Positions 23,721 to 34,030 of a DNA stretch of 64,000 nt are shown one piece after another; position 1 is the first letter of the stretch; each line of letters starts with the position of its first letter. Source of the stretch: Callorhinchus milii. Taxonomy: Eukaryota. The position numbers and the translations under genes were made by a program. The stretch is taken from the NCBI RefSeq assembly GCF_018977255.1, contig NW_024704743.1:59832001-59896000 (forward strand). Reading direction: 5' to 3'. Below the pieces are notes generated by a model, which saw only the letters and a program-made list of their open reading frames with translations, made no database searches and had not been told where the DNA came from.

Positions 23721-25529
23721 TGCAGTGTATTTGTGCACTGAGCCATCGAAAACCTATGGAGAAAGCTTTTAAAACTGCAAATCCCTGTTACCTTTGGGTG
23801 GGACTTTTTTAGTTGACAGCACAGAGGTAGCAGCTTTTTGGAGTTACGGTCTGTGGTTGTTACAGGCAACAGGCGTAACAGCCAGATCATTCCTTGGCAA
23901 AGACTGGATAGGAGACTAGTTCCAGTGCTCGTCTGGGTTCAAAGAACTGCATCATTTTACTAGAACCAGGCAGGGTCACAGCTAACATTAAAATGAGGCC
24001 TCTTTGGCCCCAAGGTTGCATAAAATCTCAATCATTCGTATCTTGGATGAGAATGGNAAAAAAAATCTGGATTATCTTAACGAGGCTACTTCTTCCAAAA
24101 CAAATTAAACCCAGTTCTAGCTTCGGGTGTGCTGCGGCTGTTCCCCCAAGCTGTTAACGCAGAGTTTTGTGTGTTAACAGCAGACCGGAGGTAGCTCATA
24201 AATAGCGCAGTATTTTGGGAACATGTCCTCAGAGCACCTGTACTAAATCGGGGAGCCTGCCCGAGAGCACAGTCTCATTCATAGTGGGTTATGTGTGAGA
24301 ATTGACCATAAACAGTGTGATTTTGTCACCTTCTAATTGGGTGGTTGAGGTGCATTTTATAAAGCATCCTGCATTGCAGGCTTCAATCTGCCCCCTTTCT
24401 AACACAGAACAATTTTTACGCAGAAAATGCATTTTAGATGTGGCTTTCTTTCATGTATTAAAAATAATTAGATCGACTTCCTTTTCAACACAGATGGGTT
24501 TTTACAAGCATGGTCCCCGACTGGGTGTGTGTAAACACCCCCTGCTCTGCATGTGGGAAAAACAAGCTGGTCACTGAAACAGCGCACCTTTAAAGTGTGC
24601 TCCAGCAATGCCAGAACAGAGTGCCTGCATTGTGCACTAACTATGTGCTGATTTTGTGAGCTAATTAATTAATTGCGCTTCACTGCACATTGTACCAGAA
24701 TACAACCCCAGGGCCTTGGAAGCTCAAATTCCTACCCTGCCCTTCCTTGTTTTGTTTGCTTCAAATTGATTTTATTTAGTCACGTATTTTGCTTGATCAT
24801 TCATTCGGTGTCTCATGCTAATGCTATATTTTTTAAAAATGGGTTGTATCCCTAGTAACCAGAGGTTCTGTTTGATCAATCTTACGCCTCGGTTATATTA
24901 CACGCACCGAAGCAGTGCTGGTGCCTACAGCAGCGTGGTGCGAGCCAACAGCCTGGAGTTATACTGCTGCCTCTGACATTAAATGTATGCAGAGTGGAGC
25001 TCTGTGCTTACAGATGTGCGTGCAAGCTCAGCACTCCGCCAACCAACGGTCAAATGCTGGCTCCTTTTGTAGGTTGGTGAAAAGCTGGTGGGAATGCCAG
25101 CTCATTGCAAACATTGCAATGGTGAGTAAAGGAGAGTATCTTTTAAACTTCAAATTGAAAAAGGGTGTCAGACAGGTGGATGTACTTGCACCATTGCCAG
25201 TGCAAAATCATAGCAATACCAGGGTACCTTCCCAGAGGTCGTCTCCCAATGTTTCTTAATTGGATTTGGCTGCTAATGCAAAAACAACAAAAAATTTACA
25301 TTTATATAGCGCCATTCACATTGGGAGGACGTCCCAAGGCATAGGATAGTGCAGGGTTTTCATATGAACTGAGGGTGGGAGCTGATGAGGGTGGGGTGGG
25401 ATTCAAAGGAAATGGGGGTGAAAGATGCCCCCAAGGCCTAGAGGCAAACGCAGTGGAGCAGATTCTCTCAAACCTTAAAGCAGGGTTTATTACCAGGTCA
25501 ACAAATGCATTCAAATTAAGTCGCTCACT

Positions 25530-26000
25530 ATGGCTTCAGTGAGTAATGCAACTGCCCAGAGCAGTACTAAGCCATACATACCAGTTACGTAATCAAAATT
25601 GTGCTGTTAGCTGATATCAGCAAGCACAGGAGTTGGAGCAATGTAGTTGAACTTAGTGCTCCTTGATTAGAGAGGATACAGTCACCCAATCTCTGTTTTA
25701 TTTAAGTGTGGAGACTGAGTGAGGACATGACTGGGCTGATTTGTGATCCTCCCCAGCCCCCACCTCATTGTGGGATGCTTTATAAAACTCACATCTGCTG
25801 CTCGCATCTAGAAATGTGCCATCACTGATTGGCAAAGATCACACATGAGTGAAATACCGGAGCATATCGACGAAACCCCATCCCAGGAGAAAGCAAGGGT
25901 TATTTAATGTCAAACAACAACAACTTGCACTTATATAGCACCCCTCATGCAAGTTAGCATCCCAGAGAGCAAACACCTTCAGCAGATAAGGAGGAAGGGA
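25530..26000 (+). mobile_element. Old SINE family B, near full length, with an L2 tail inserted at ~25912-25968
   Basis: Head 'tggcttcagtgagtaatgca...gtactaagccatac', 'gtgaggacatgactgggct', end 'caccttcagcagataaggagg'. Confidence 0.55.
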
Positions 26001-26117
26001 TCAAATTAGAGTTGGAAAAATTGAACGGGGAAAAATTTATGTGGACCAATACAGTCTCTAATATAAGAGACAATTTAAATATCAAATTATACAAAATTTC
26101 TATTTAATTTCAATGAG

Positions 26118-26563
26118 TAATAATTATTATAATACTTGCATTTGATATAATGCCTTATCACATGGTTGAGACATCTCAAAGTGCATCACAGGATATACTG
26201 TAAAGTGGAGTGGTTCTGTATTTTGTATTTTGAGCGAAATTAGGTAGCCAATTGCACACAGTAATGTCCACAAACAGCCGTGGAGTGACAAATTTTATTT
26301 GCCTGATTGTTGGTCAGGACATTAGGAGAAACTCCCTTCTGTTTTTGAATAGTGCCATGGGATCTTTAACATCCACCCGAACAGGCAGACGGGACCTCAG
26401 TTTAACATCTCATCCAAAGGGATGGCAACTCCGACAATGCAACACCCCACCAACATTGCATTGGAGTGTCAGCTTAGACTGTGTGATTCCAAGTGCCTTC
26501 ATGGGGCTTGAACACATCATCTTCTGACTCAGAAGCAAGAGTGCTACCCCTGAGCCAGGCGGA
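26118..26563 (-). mobile_element. Deu-domain (SacSINE1-like) SINE, full length
   Basis: Head on minus 'ggctcaggggtagcactcttgcttctgagtcagaagatgatgtgttcaagcccc', Deu-like body 'ggatgagatgttaaactgaggtcccgtctgcctgttcgggtggatgttaaagatcccatggcac', L2-type tail. Confidence 0.88.
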
Positions 26564-26996
26564 TACAGAGTCTGAGATTTATGATTCTTGGCTAGATGGA
26601 GAGGTTGCCCTGAATTGGTGAAAGAGGGAGAAATTGGATGGGTAGTGTGAGTCGGGTCATTGTTTGAGAGTTATGGGTGGAAAATGTATTAGCCACAAAG
26701 GTCTTGAGCTGAATTTCTCCCAGTGATGACACATGAGTTGGCAGCAATCACAGCTATTATTTAGCAGGTCAGATACAGAATTTGTGCTGAGGTTGTGTGG
26801 TGAATGCCGAATAACAATTTCTATTTTGCATTGTCGTGGTCACATTGGGAGCTGGATTGCTGGAATCATAACCTAGATTCATAAAGAATTTGACATGAAC
26901 AGGTCAATCAGAGGGAATTCTGATCTGACATATGTGGAGGGATACCATACATCTAGTTAATACCTGGGCAACATTCCATCAATCGTGAATCCGGAT

Positions 26997-27588
26997 TGTG
27001 AATTGGCTCCAAGTTGATGTGCTTGGCAACAGAATGTCGGAATCGAGACAACCCTCTGTGGTGGTCTTGATAGTATGAATTCTGAGCCAGCAGGTCTGCA
27101 GTATTCCAGGGCATTGCTGATGACATACCAGTCATCCTAACTTGTTGGCATGATGTGGAGGGACAGATAAGTCTCGGAGATTCTTCCCATTCAGCTCCTG
27201 TTAATCTCGCAAGCCAAAGCTACAACATGTAAGCTTGTCCTAGCTGGTCAAGCAGCAAAATGCTTTCCAGATAGTGCTTTCAATGGCTTGCTATGCACTT
27301 TTAGCTGGTTAAATTCCAGCAGTACCTCAATGCATCCTCTGTGGTCCCCTTGGCTCCATCCAACCTATGCCTAATACTCTCTGGAATTTGGTAATCAGGG
27401 TGTGTCCTCTGGGGAAAGAGTACGCATTCCAGATGCAGGAAAATCTCCATGTGTAGGTGACAGTCTGATTTGGATACTGTTCAACATGGTAATGGGTTTT
27501 TGCAGGTGTCAGACAACAATAGAAACATAAAATTGCATTTATATAGCCCCTTTTACATCGGGAGGGTGCCTGGTTGACCAAAAAAAAA
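26997..27588 (+). mobile_element. Unclassified poly(A)-ended repeat, copy 3 (longest contiguous), with an L2 tail inserted at ~27514-27565
   Basis: Aligns with copies 1, 2, 4 and 5; ends 'cctggttgaccaaaaaaaaa'. Confidence 0.78.
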
Positions 27589-27639
27589 TTATATTTTGGT
27601 CTGTTTAGAGCTGTTCTGATGTGATTTTGAACCCCAAAT

Positions 27640-27830
27640 GTGTTGCAGGTTTGATCACGCGTCTTTGTTTTTAGTTCATCTCAGCAGGGCATTGGTGGGA
27701 ATTTTACAGTTGACTTCAGCGTCCTCAGGCTAGGGAGTGGGAAAAGCGACTGAATTCCTGATCCTGATCAATGTTCAGTGACCCTGTAAGACATATGCAT
27801 GTATAGATGTCAGCTGAAGGCAGCATGAGC
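27640..27830 (+). mobile_element. Old SINE family B fragment
   Basis: 'cctcaggctagggagtgggaaaa...ttcctgatcctgatcaatgttcagtgaccc'. Confidence 0.55.
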
Positions 27831-29601
27831 CTCTATCCCTCCCCCTTCATTGAATAGCCTGCCAAGAATCTCCACATAGAGCATCTTTCACAGAGGATGA
27901 ACATCACAAAGTGCTTCATAACAGTGATGAGGATCCCTGCACTGGGTAGGAAGTTAACGAAAAGTGTGGTCAAAGAGAAAATGTTTTTAAAATGGCTATT
28001 GATGGCAGAAGATTGGGTGCAATACGAAGGGAGCATGGGAAAGAGTATGCGCATAGGCTTGGCCATCAATAGTGGTGTAAAAGAAGTAATAGACCAGATT
28101 AGGAAAAGTGGAGGGCCACAGGCAGGAGAATACGACCATAGGAGATTGTAGAAGTAGGATGGACAAGATCGTGAAAGGATTGGAAGGTCACAAGAATCCT
28201 GAAGGCAAGGAACATAAGTAACTGGTTACTTATACTTGAGTGAGATCACAGAGGGTTGGCGGTTGCCATTGAACTGCACCATAGCACCAGTCATCCCCTT
28301 GAGGAAAGGAAGAATGAGAACAAATACTGTGTATAGAATTTATCAATGGTTGTTCTTGTAATACTTGCTCACAACCTTCTGACTCAGAGGCAAGAGCTTA
28401 CCAACTGAGCCAGCCTGCCACATTATACAAATTTGAATATGGGTTATCTGGATTTTGCCAGTCATTTTGCTCACTTATACGATTATGCTACTATCAGACC
28501 ACATCTCTGAACTGCAGTTTATATGGCACTGTAATGGGAGCAGATAACAAGTAAAATGCTGAGTAAAATGAACATACAAATTGTAATTGCCTCAATAATT
28601 TAATCAAATTTGAATTGTCTGTTCCAAATGTAAAGTTAGCAGATGTGATGGAGTCTAATTAATGGTGACCAATAAAAATAATGATGTTTTCTGTGATGCC
28701 GTTCTGATGGGAAATCCCATTATAAAAATATAGTGAAAAGTTTTCTGCTTTTATTGATCAGCGCATCATAGAAACACACCCCTCCCCCCACTCCCCTTTG
28801 CTCTGAACAATGCTGCAAGACCAGGATTTGACCCACCAGGTCTCTGAGTGTGTGAGAGAGAGCGCCAAGTTGAACTGCTTATTGGCATTGCTGTGTGCAT
28901 ATCAGACCTCTGCACATGACTAACACACACACAGATACACAAAAGTCTGCTTCCTGGTGTCTCAAGGGCAAGGACATTTATTAGGTTAACAAAGGGTCAA
29001 CAAGAAAGTCATTTTTTTTTGTGATTTTACAATTGAAGGTAGATCAACACACAACCTGAATAAAAAGGTCTCCAACGAAACTGGCCTGCTGCAATTATAC
29101 ACTCATAGACATTTACATCGTGTCTGTGTACTGTGCATGTCTACTATTTGAAAGAACAATCCATTCACTCCTTTACCTTAATTTTCCCCAAACCCCTACG
29201 GATTATTAATTTTTGGATATCTACCTAGTCTTCTCTTTAAAGCTGATCATGTACATTTTATGAGTTCTTTGCTGCCCATTACTGAAGGCTTCCTCTCTCT
29301 GTCAGTCTCAGCTTTGTGCACTTTGCAAGAGGCAAGTCTCCTTCCAACTGATTGTCAAGCGGTGCCACTGCTCAGCTCGTGCATTGATGGGTTACTCTAC
29401 TGTAGGTAGAAGGAAATAAAGAGTTCAAAAGAGGAAATAAACAGAAAGCAATCTAAAAAAGTGACTTACTCACTTTTCAATCCAAACCAGAAACTCATTA
29501 GTAAATTGGACATCCAAAATAATGCCCACAGAAATCTGTGCATTCTAGGAAGCTATTTGATCCATACCCTCTAATACTCTGTACGCAACAAACTTTTCAT
29601 A

Positions 29602-29913
29602 GAGTCCTGTAGCTCAATGGTTAGTGCACTCACTTTGCAAGCAAAAGACCTGGGTTCGATTCCCGGCAGGGTGAAACCTTGGGCAAGTTTCCTTACTCCA
29701 TATGCCTGATAATACTCCCTCAAGAAAAAGACAATAATAAATTGGTCATTTCAATCCACAACTGTCTGTGGGACACTGCTGTGCGCAATTGGCTGCCGTG
29801 TTTCGCCCACAAAATATGCAGTCAATTCACTTCACAGTATATTCTGTGAAGCGCTTTGAGACGTCTACAAGACGTGAAAAGCACTATATCAAATGCAAGA
29901 ATTATTATTATTA
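29602..29913 (+). mobile_element. Full-length tRNA-Ala(TGC)-derived SINE with L2-type tail
   Basis: A-box tagctcaatgg, anticodon-loop-like tttgcaa, B-box gttcgattcc, body 'tgtgggacactgctgtgcgcaattggctgcc', (ATT)n end. Confidence 0.92.
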
Positions 29914-29914
29914 T

Positions 29915-30255
29915 ATAATAATAATCCTTGCATTTGGTGCAGTGTCTTTCATGTTGGGAGATGTTTCAAGGCGCTTCGTAGACTATAATGTTAACTGTAG
30001 TGGCAGTATATTTTGTAGGTGAAAACAATAGCGAATAAACACACAGCATTGTCCCGTAAACAGTGAGGAAGTGAATGATCAATTACACCTGGGGAATTAT
30101 TGGCCAGGAGAAATGCCCTTTTTTTAAATAGTGTCACAAGATCTTTAACTTCTACTGAACAGGAAGATGAGACCTCAGTTTAATATCTCATCCAAAGGAT
30201 GGCACCTCCAACGATGCAGTGCTCCCCCAGGACTGTATTGCAGTGTCAGCCAGAC
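29915..30255 (-). mobile_element. Deu-type SINE, tail-to-tail with the preceding SINE
   Basis: 'ataataatccttgcatttgg...acctcagtttaatatctcatccaaaggatggcacctcc...cagtgtcagcc'. Confidence 0.8.
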
Positions 30256-31362
30256 TGAGAGTACGAATACTGCCTCAATCACAGCACCAACTAGCCACTT
30301 CACAAGCCAGAAAACCTGTCAACATGGAAAGTGTTTTTGTTTGGGCTGAGCAAAGGCCTGAAAGGTCTAAGAAAAAGTGTGAAACCAAAGCAATGGTTTT
30401 TGTTTGTCTTTGATGACTTTCAACATTTTTTTTACTTTGATTTGCAAACCACAAAGTGAAAGTTGAGATCAATGTAATGTATCTGGTTTATGAATATCGA
30501 TTATCAGTAAAATGACAACCAGTACAGTTTTCTATAACATGCATTGCCATCAACTGCAAAGTCATTGAAATCAGTCACATAACACTTACTTTCTGATGTC
30601 ATTAAAAGGAGGTCTAATTGCCTGAGAACAAATCCTATTACCGTGGAGATCTATCTCAAACTTTGACCTGGGTATAGTACAATATAGTGTCTCATTGTAT
30701 GTCTGCTCAATCATCCCATCAAATCACAGTTTTTGTTGTCTGAAAAATCAAATTCTTATATCTAGCTGAAGACTTAAAAAAAGGACACTCATTTGTTAAT
30801 CAAACAAAACCCTTTGGACAACAAAAGAGCGAAGTGAACAAATAATATAATTTCGAAGGTGTTGGTGGAGGCTATAAAATGAATAGGCTTTATCGTGCCT
30901 AAAATGACCTTTTTATCCCTGCAATTTGAGCTGCTTTACTCATCAACTTCCTGTGTGTTAAACCCAGCACCCCACCTTTTTATCTTGCAGAGTTTCCATT
31001 TGATAATTGAGTGCGTCCTTTGACTGGCCTCTAATGCCGTGCCTTGTTCCCCTTGTCTTTGATTCAGCTTCTGTAACAGTGCAAGCCCTGAGAGGAGACG
31101 GCCAGTGGTAGCGTGAGCAGTGCTGGCTCATAGACACACTCCCCAGTCAATGCTGCACTTGTTCCAAGACGAGATGGACAAGTTCAGACTTTCGTTTTTT
31201 GTTTATACAAATAACAGCTTTTATGTGTCCAGAGCCCAGCTCAGGCTGCCAGCTGGAATGTGCAGCTGTTGACAGGGTAGTGGGTCTGTGTGGAAGAGAG
31301 GTTAATTACAGTGGTTAGTTACATCACTGGTAAAAGCCGCTTCTACCTTATTTTTTAATTCA

Positions 31363-31797
31363 GGCCCCCAAATCCAGAATTAGTATTTCTGCATCCATCC
31401 GGTTAAAATTGCATGTCTATTTCTCAATGTAATGGTGTCGAATTTGCACTATTTCTTAATAACAAATGTGTCAATTATCGAACTTCAAAAATATTGGAAT
31501 ATCACAATATTATAATATGTTGAAAAATACATTTGATGTTTAGAATGTACATCATCAGACATTTCTCATTAAGAAATGTGTTAAGAAATATTGCAAAATC
31601 TAAAAATGAACAAATATGAGGCATTTCTGAATGTCCAGAATTTTGCAAATTCTTAAATGCAGTCTTAATTTTAAAATCTGTTTTCTGTAAGTTCTTTTAT
31701 GAGAACTTCAAAAAAACCAATTTCAGACTGAATTCAATAATTTGGCAAATTCTAAACTGCTCCGAATTGGAAAGTCAATGGAATAAATCTGGACCTA
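31363..31797. mobile_element. AT-rich element with two consecutive imperfect palindromes (MITE/foldback-like)
   Basis: Inverted arms 31440-31600 around the perfect palindrome atattataatat (31507-31518); second inverted pair 31638-31753 around aagttc..gaactt. Confidence 0.5.
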
Positions 31798-32197
31798 AGT
31801 GGATTCATTTTTACTTATGGCGTGGGAGATGCATTCTATGTGGTTTGTTAAGATACCTTAAAGTATCATATCCTGGATACTTTTTTTAGGAGCCATGTAC
31901 AAAGTATGTTCTAATGCAGAACATTTCAATTGGATAGGCTATTCTGTAAGGTTTCTCGGTTAAATCAGGAGCATTTGATAGTGTATCAGTTGTTAAAGCA
32001 CGCAAACAATTACTTTTGGAAATCCACTCGGGAAGTACATTGCTTCACACTGTAATTCTCGTGGGGTCTGGGTGATGGACTTCTGGTTACCAGAAGAAAT
32101 CTCCATTTGTGACTTTGAGACCTTTATTAAGAAATCCTGTTTGAAATCATCCCCACTGGAGCTCAATGTATCTATTTTCACAAATGAATACATCTGA

Positions 32198-32557
32198 TTT
32201 TTTTTTGGTCAGCCGGGCACCTGACACAAGCAGAAACCCATTGCCATGCTTCAGAGTATCCAAACCAAACTGAGAGTTCCATGTACTCCACCTACACATG
32301 AAAATTCCAGTATATCTGAATAGAATGCGCATTCTCTCCTTGTGGGGATGCATCATGCTTACATAATTCTAGAGAGTATTAGGTGGGGGCTGGCAAGAGC
32401 TAAGGACTCCAGAGTATGCATTGGGTACTGCTGAACCAGCTAAACCTGCATAGCTTGCACTGTCTGGCAAACTTCCCGCTGCTTGTCCAGCTAAGATCAT
32501 CCTACCCTTTGGGGCTTTGGCTTTCAAAGTTAACAGGAGCTTATTGGAAAAATCCTT
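32198..32557 (-). mobile_element. Unclassified poly(A)-ended repeat, copy 4
   Basis: 'tttttttttggtcagccggg...acccattgccatgctt...gtatccaaaccaaactgagagttc...ttaacaggagct', collinear with 2596-2945. Confidence 0.78.
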
Positions 32558-32889
32558 TCCCCCCGTACCTTTGATTTCAGCTGCAGAAGAAATGCTATGC
32601 TTAAAAAGGTAGAGTCTTCATGAAAAATGTGTTTGGCTTTGTACTGTGTGTTGTTTTACAAAAACAGCACAATAATAAAAACTTCATCTAAGTGCAATAT
32701 TTCGCCATAGTGTACATTTGGAATGAAATGATACACAATTAATTTTGCTTCTACTCCCTCCCTAAGCAATGATTTGACAATTGCTTTTTCAAGAAGATAG
32801 TGCATATTTGTGTTACCATTTTCAACACTTTTCTCTCCTCCTCCTGGCCTGAAAGGTTTGCTCTTGCAAGAAGCCCTACTCTCTCTCAC

Positions 32890-33148
32890 CCAAGTAACAA
32901 ATGTTTCATGTGAGACTAGCGGATATCAGCAGGCTATTTGATTATGGAAGATATAACAATTGAGCCCCAATTCTGTCCACACCCGACAACCACACATATA
33001 CATTTACCAGCAGATGGCGATAAAAAGTAATCAGAATTGGAAACATGGCTGTCGTTCCCCCTCCCTTCCCTAGCCCATGGGCACTAAAGCTACTTCAGGT
33101 GCTTCAACTACTTCCTTACTGAGATCAGATAACTCAGCACAGGTCCAA
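32890..33148 (-). mobile_element. Old SINE family B
   Basis: 'ttcatgtgagactag...ccctagcccatgggcact...ctgagatcagataactcagcacagg'. Confidence 0.6.
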
Positions 33149-33333
33149 TGTAATGCAAATTATTTTTACATAGAAGTTTATCCCTTTACCTCTAGTAATA
33201 GAGCGCAAACAAATTACAGTGGCTGCAGCACAATAATGGAAGACTTGGAAGGTATATTGTCTTATATCCTGTTCTATGAATAGATAAACATTATTTGGGA
33301 CTGCATGCAAACAGAGTTTTCCATTATTTGTTT

Positions 33334-34030
33334 GGTCTTGTTTGACCCTCAACTATCCTTTCTACCCCACATCCATGCCATGACCTCCTCCGCAACATCA
33401 CCCGGCTCTGCCACTGTCTCACACCGCAGGCCGCCGAAACCCTCATACACACATTCATTACATCCAGGCTCGACTATGAAAACTCCTTGCTTGTCGGCCT
33501 TCCCAACTCCTCCATCCATAGAGTGCCGGTCATCCAGAACTCTGCAGCCCGTGTCCTCTCCTGCACCAGGCTCCCTGACCTTATCACCCCCATCCTCACC
33601 CAACTCCACTGGCTTCCCCATCAAGATCCTGGTCCTCACCTTCAAAGACCTCCATGGCCTTGCTCCCCCCTACCTCTGCAAGCTCCTAACCTCCTACCAA
33701 CCTGCCCGCTCCCTCCGCTCAGTGGGCTCTGGCATGCTTCATGTCCCCCCCCTCGCCTGCCCCACCATTGGTGGGCGCGTCTTCTGCCACTCTAATCCAC
33801 CCTCTGGAACTTCATCCCACAGTCTCTCTGCCTCGTCCCCTCCCTTGTCACCTTCAAGACCCGTCTCAAGACCCCCCTCTTCAACTGTGCTTTCAGTCAC
33901 CTTCCTTCCCCCCCTACCCTTCACCCTCCCAGATCCCAACCCCCTACTTGGATCCGAAACACCGATTGTCCAGCACCTTGGGACGTCCTTCTGATGTGAA
34001 AGGCATTATACAAATATAATGTTATTATTG
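33334..34030 (+). mobile_element. L2 LINE 3' ~700 bp (ORF2 C-terminus plus tail), frameshifted
   Basis: LFDPQLSFLPHI, IQNSAARVLSCTRLPDLITPILTQLHWLP, KILVLTFK.LHGLAPPYL; tail 'gggacgtccttctgatgtgaaaggc'. Confidence 0.93.

Noticed and set aside
20968..24057. Single N bases at ~20968 and ~24057
   Set aside because: Assembly ambiguities beside A-homopolymers, not biology.
31993..32193. 66-aa minus ORF as an exon
   Set aside because: No polypyrimidine acceptor (it follows the repeat's poly(A)), weak donor, no homology recognised.
33305..33994. Longest ORF (229 aa) as a cellular gene
   Set aside because: It is a frameshifted mosaic of L2 ORF2 C-terminal frames; the same sequence recurs at 15.0, 41.9, 44.9 and 50.5 kb.
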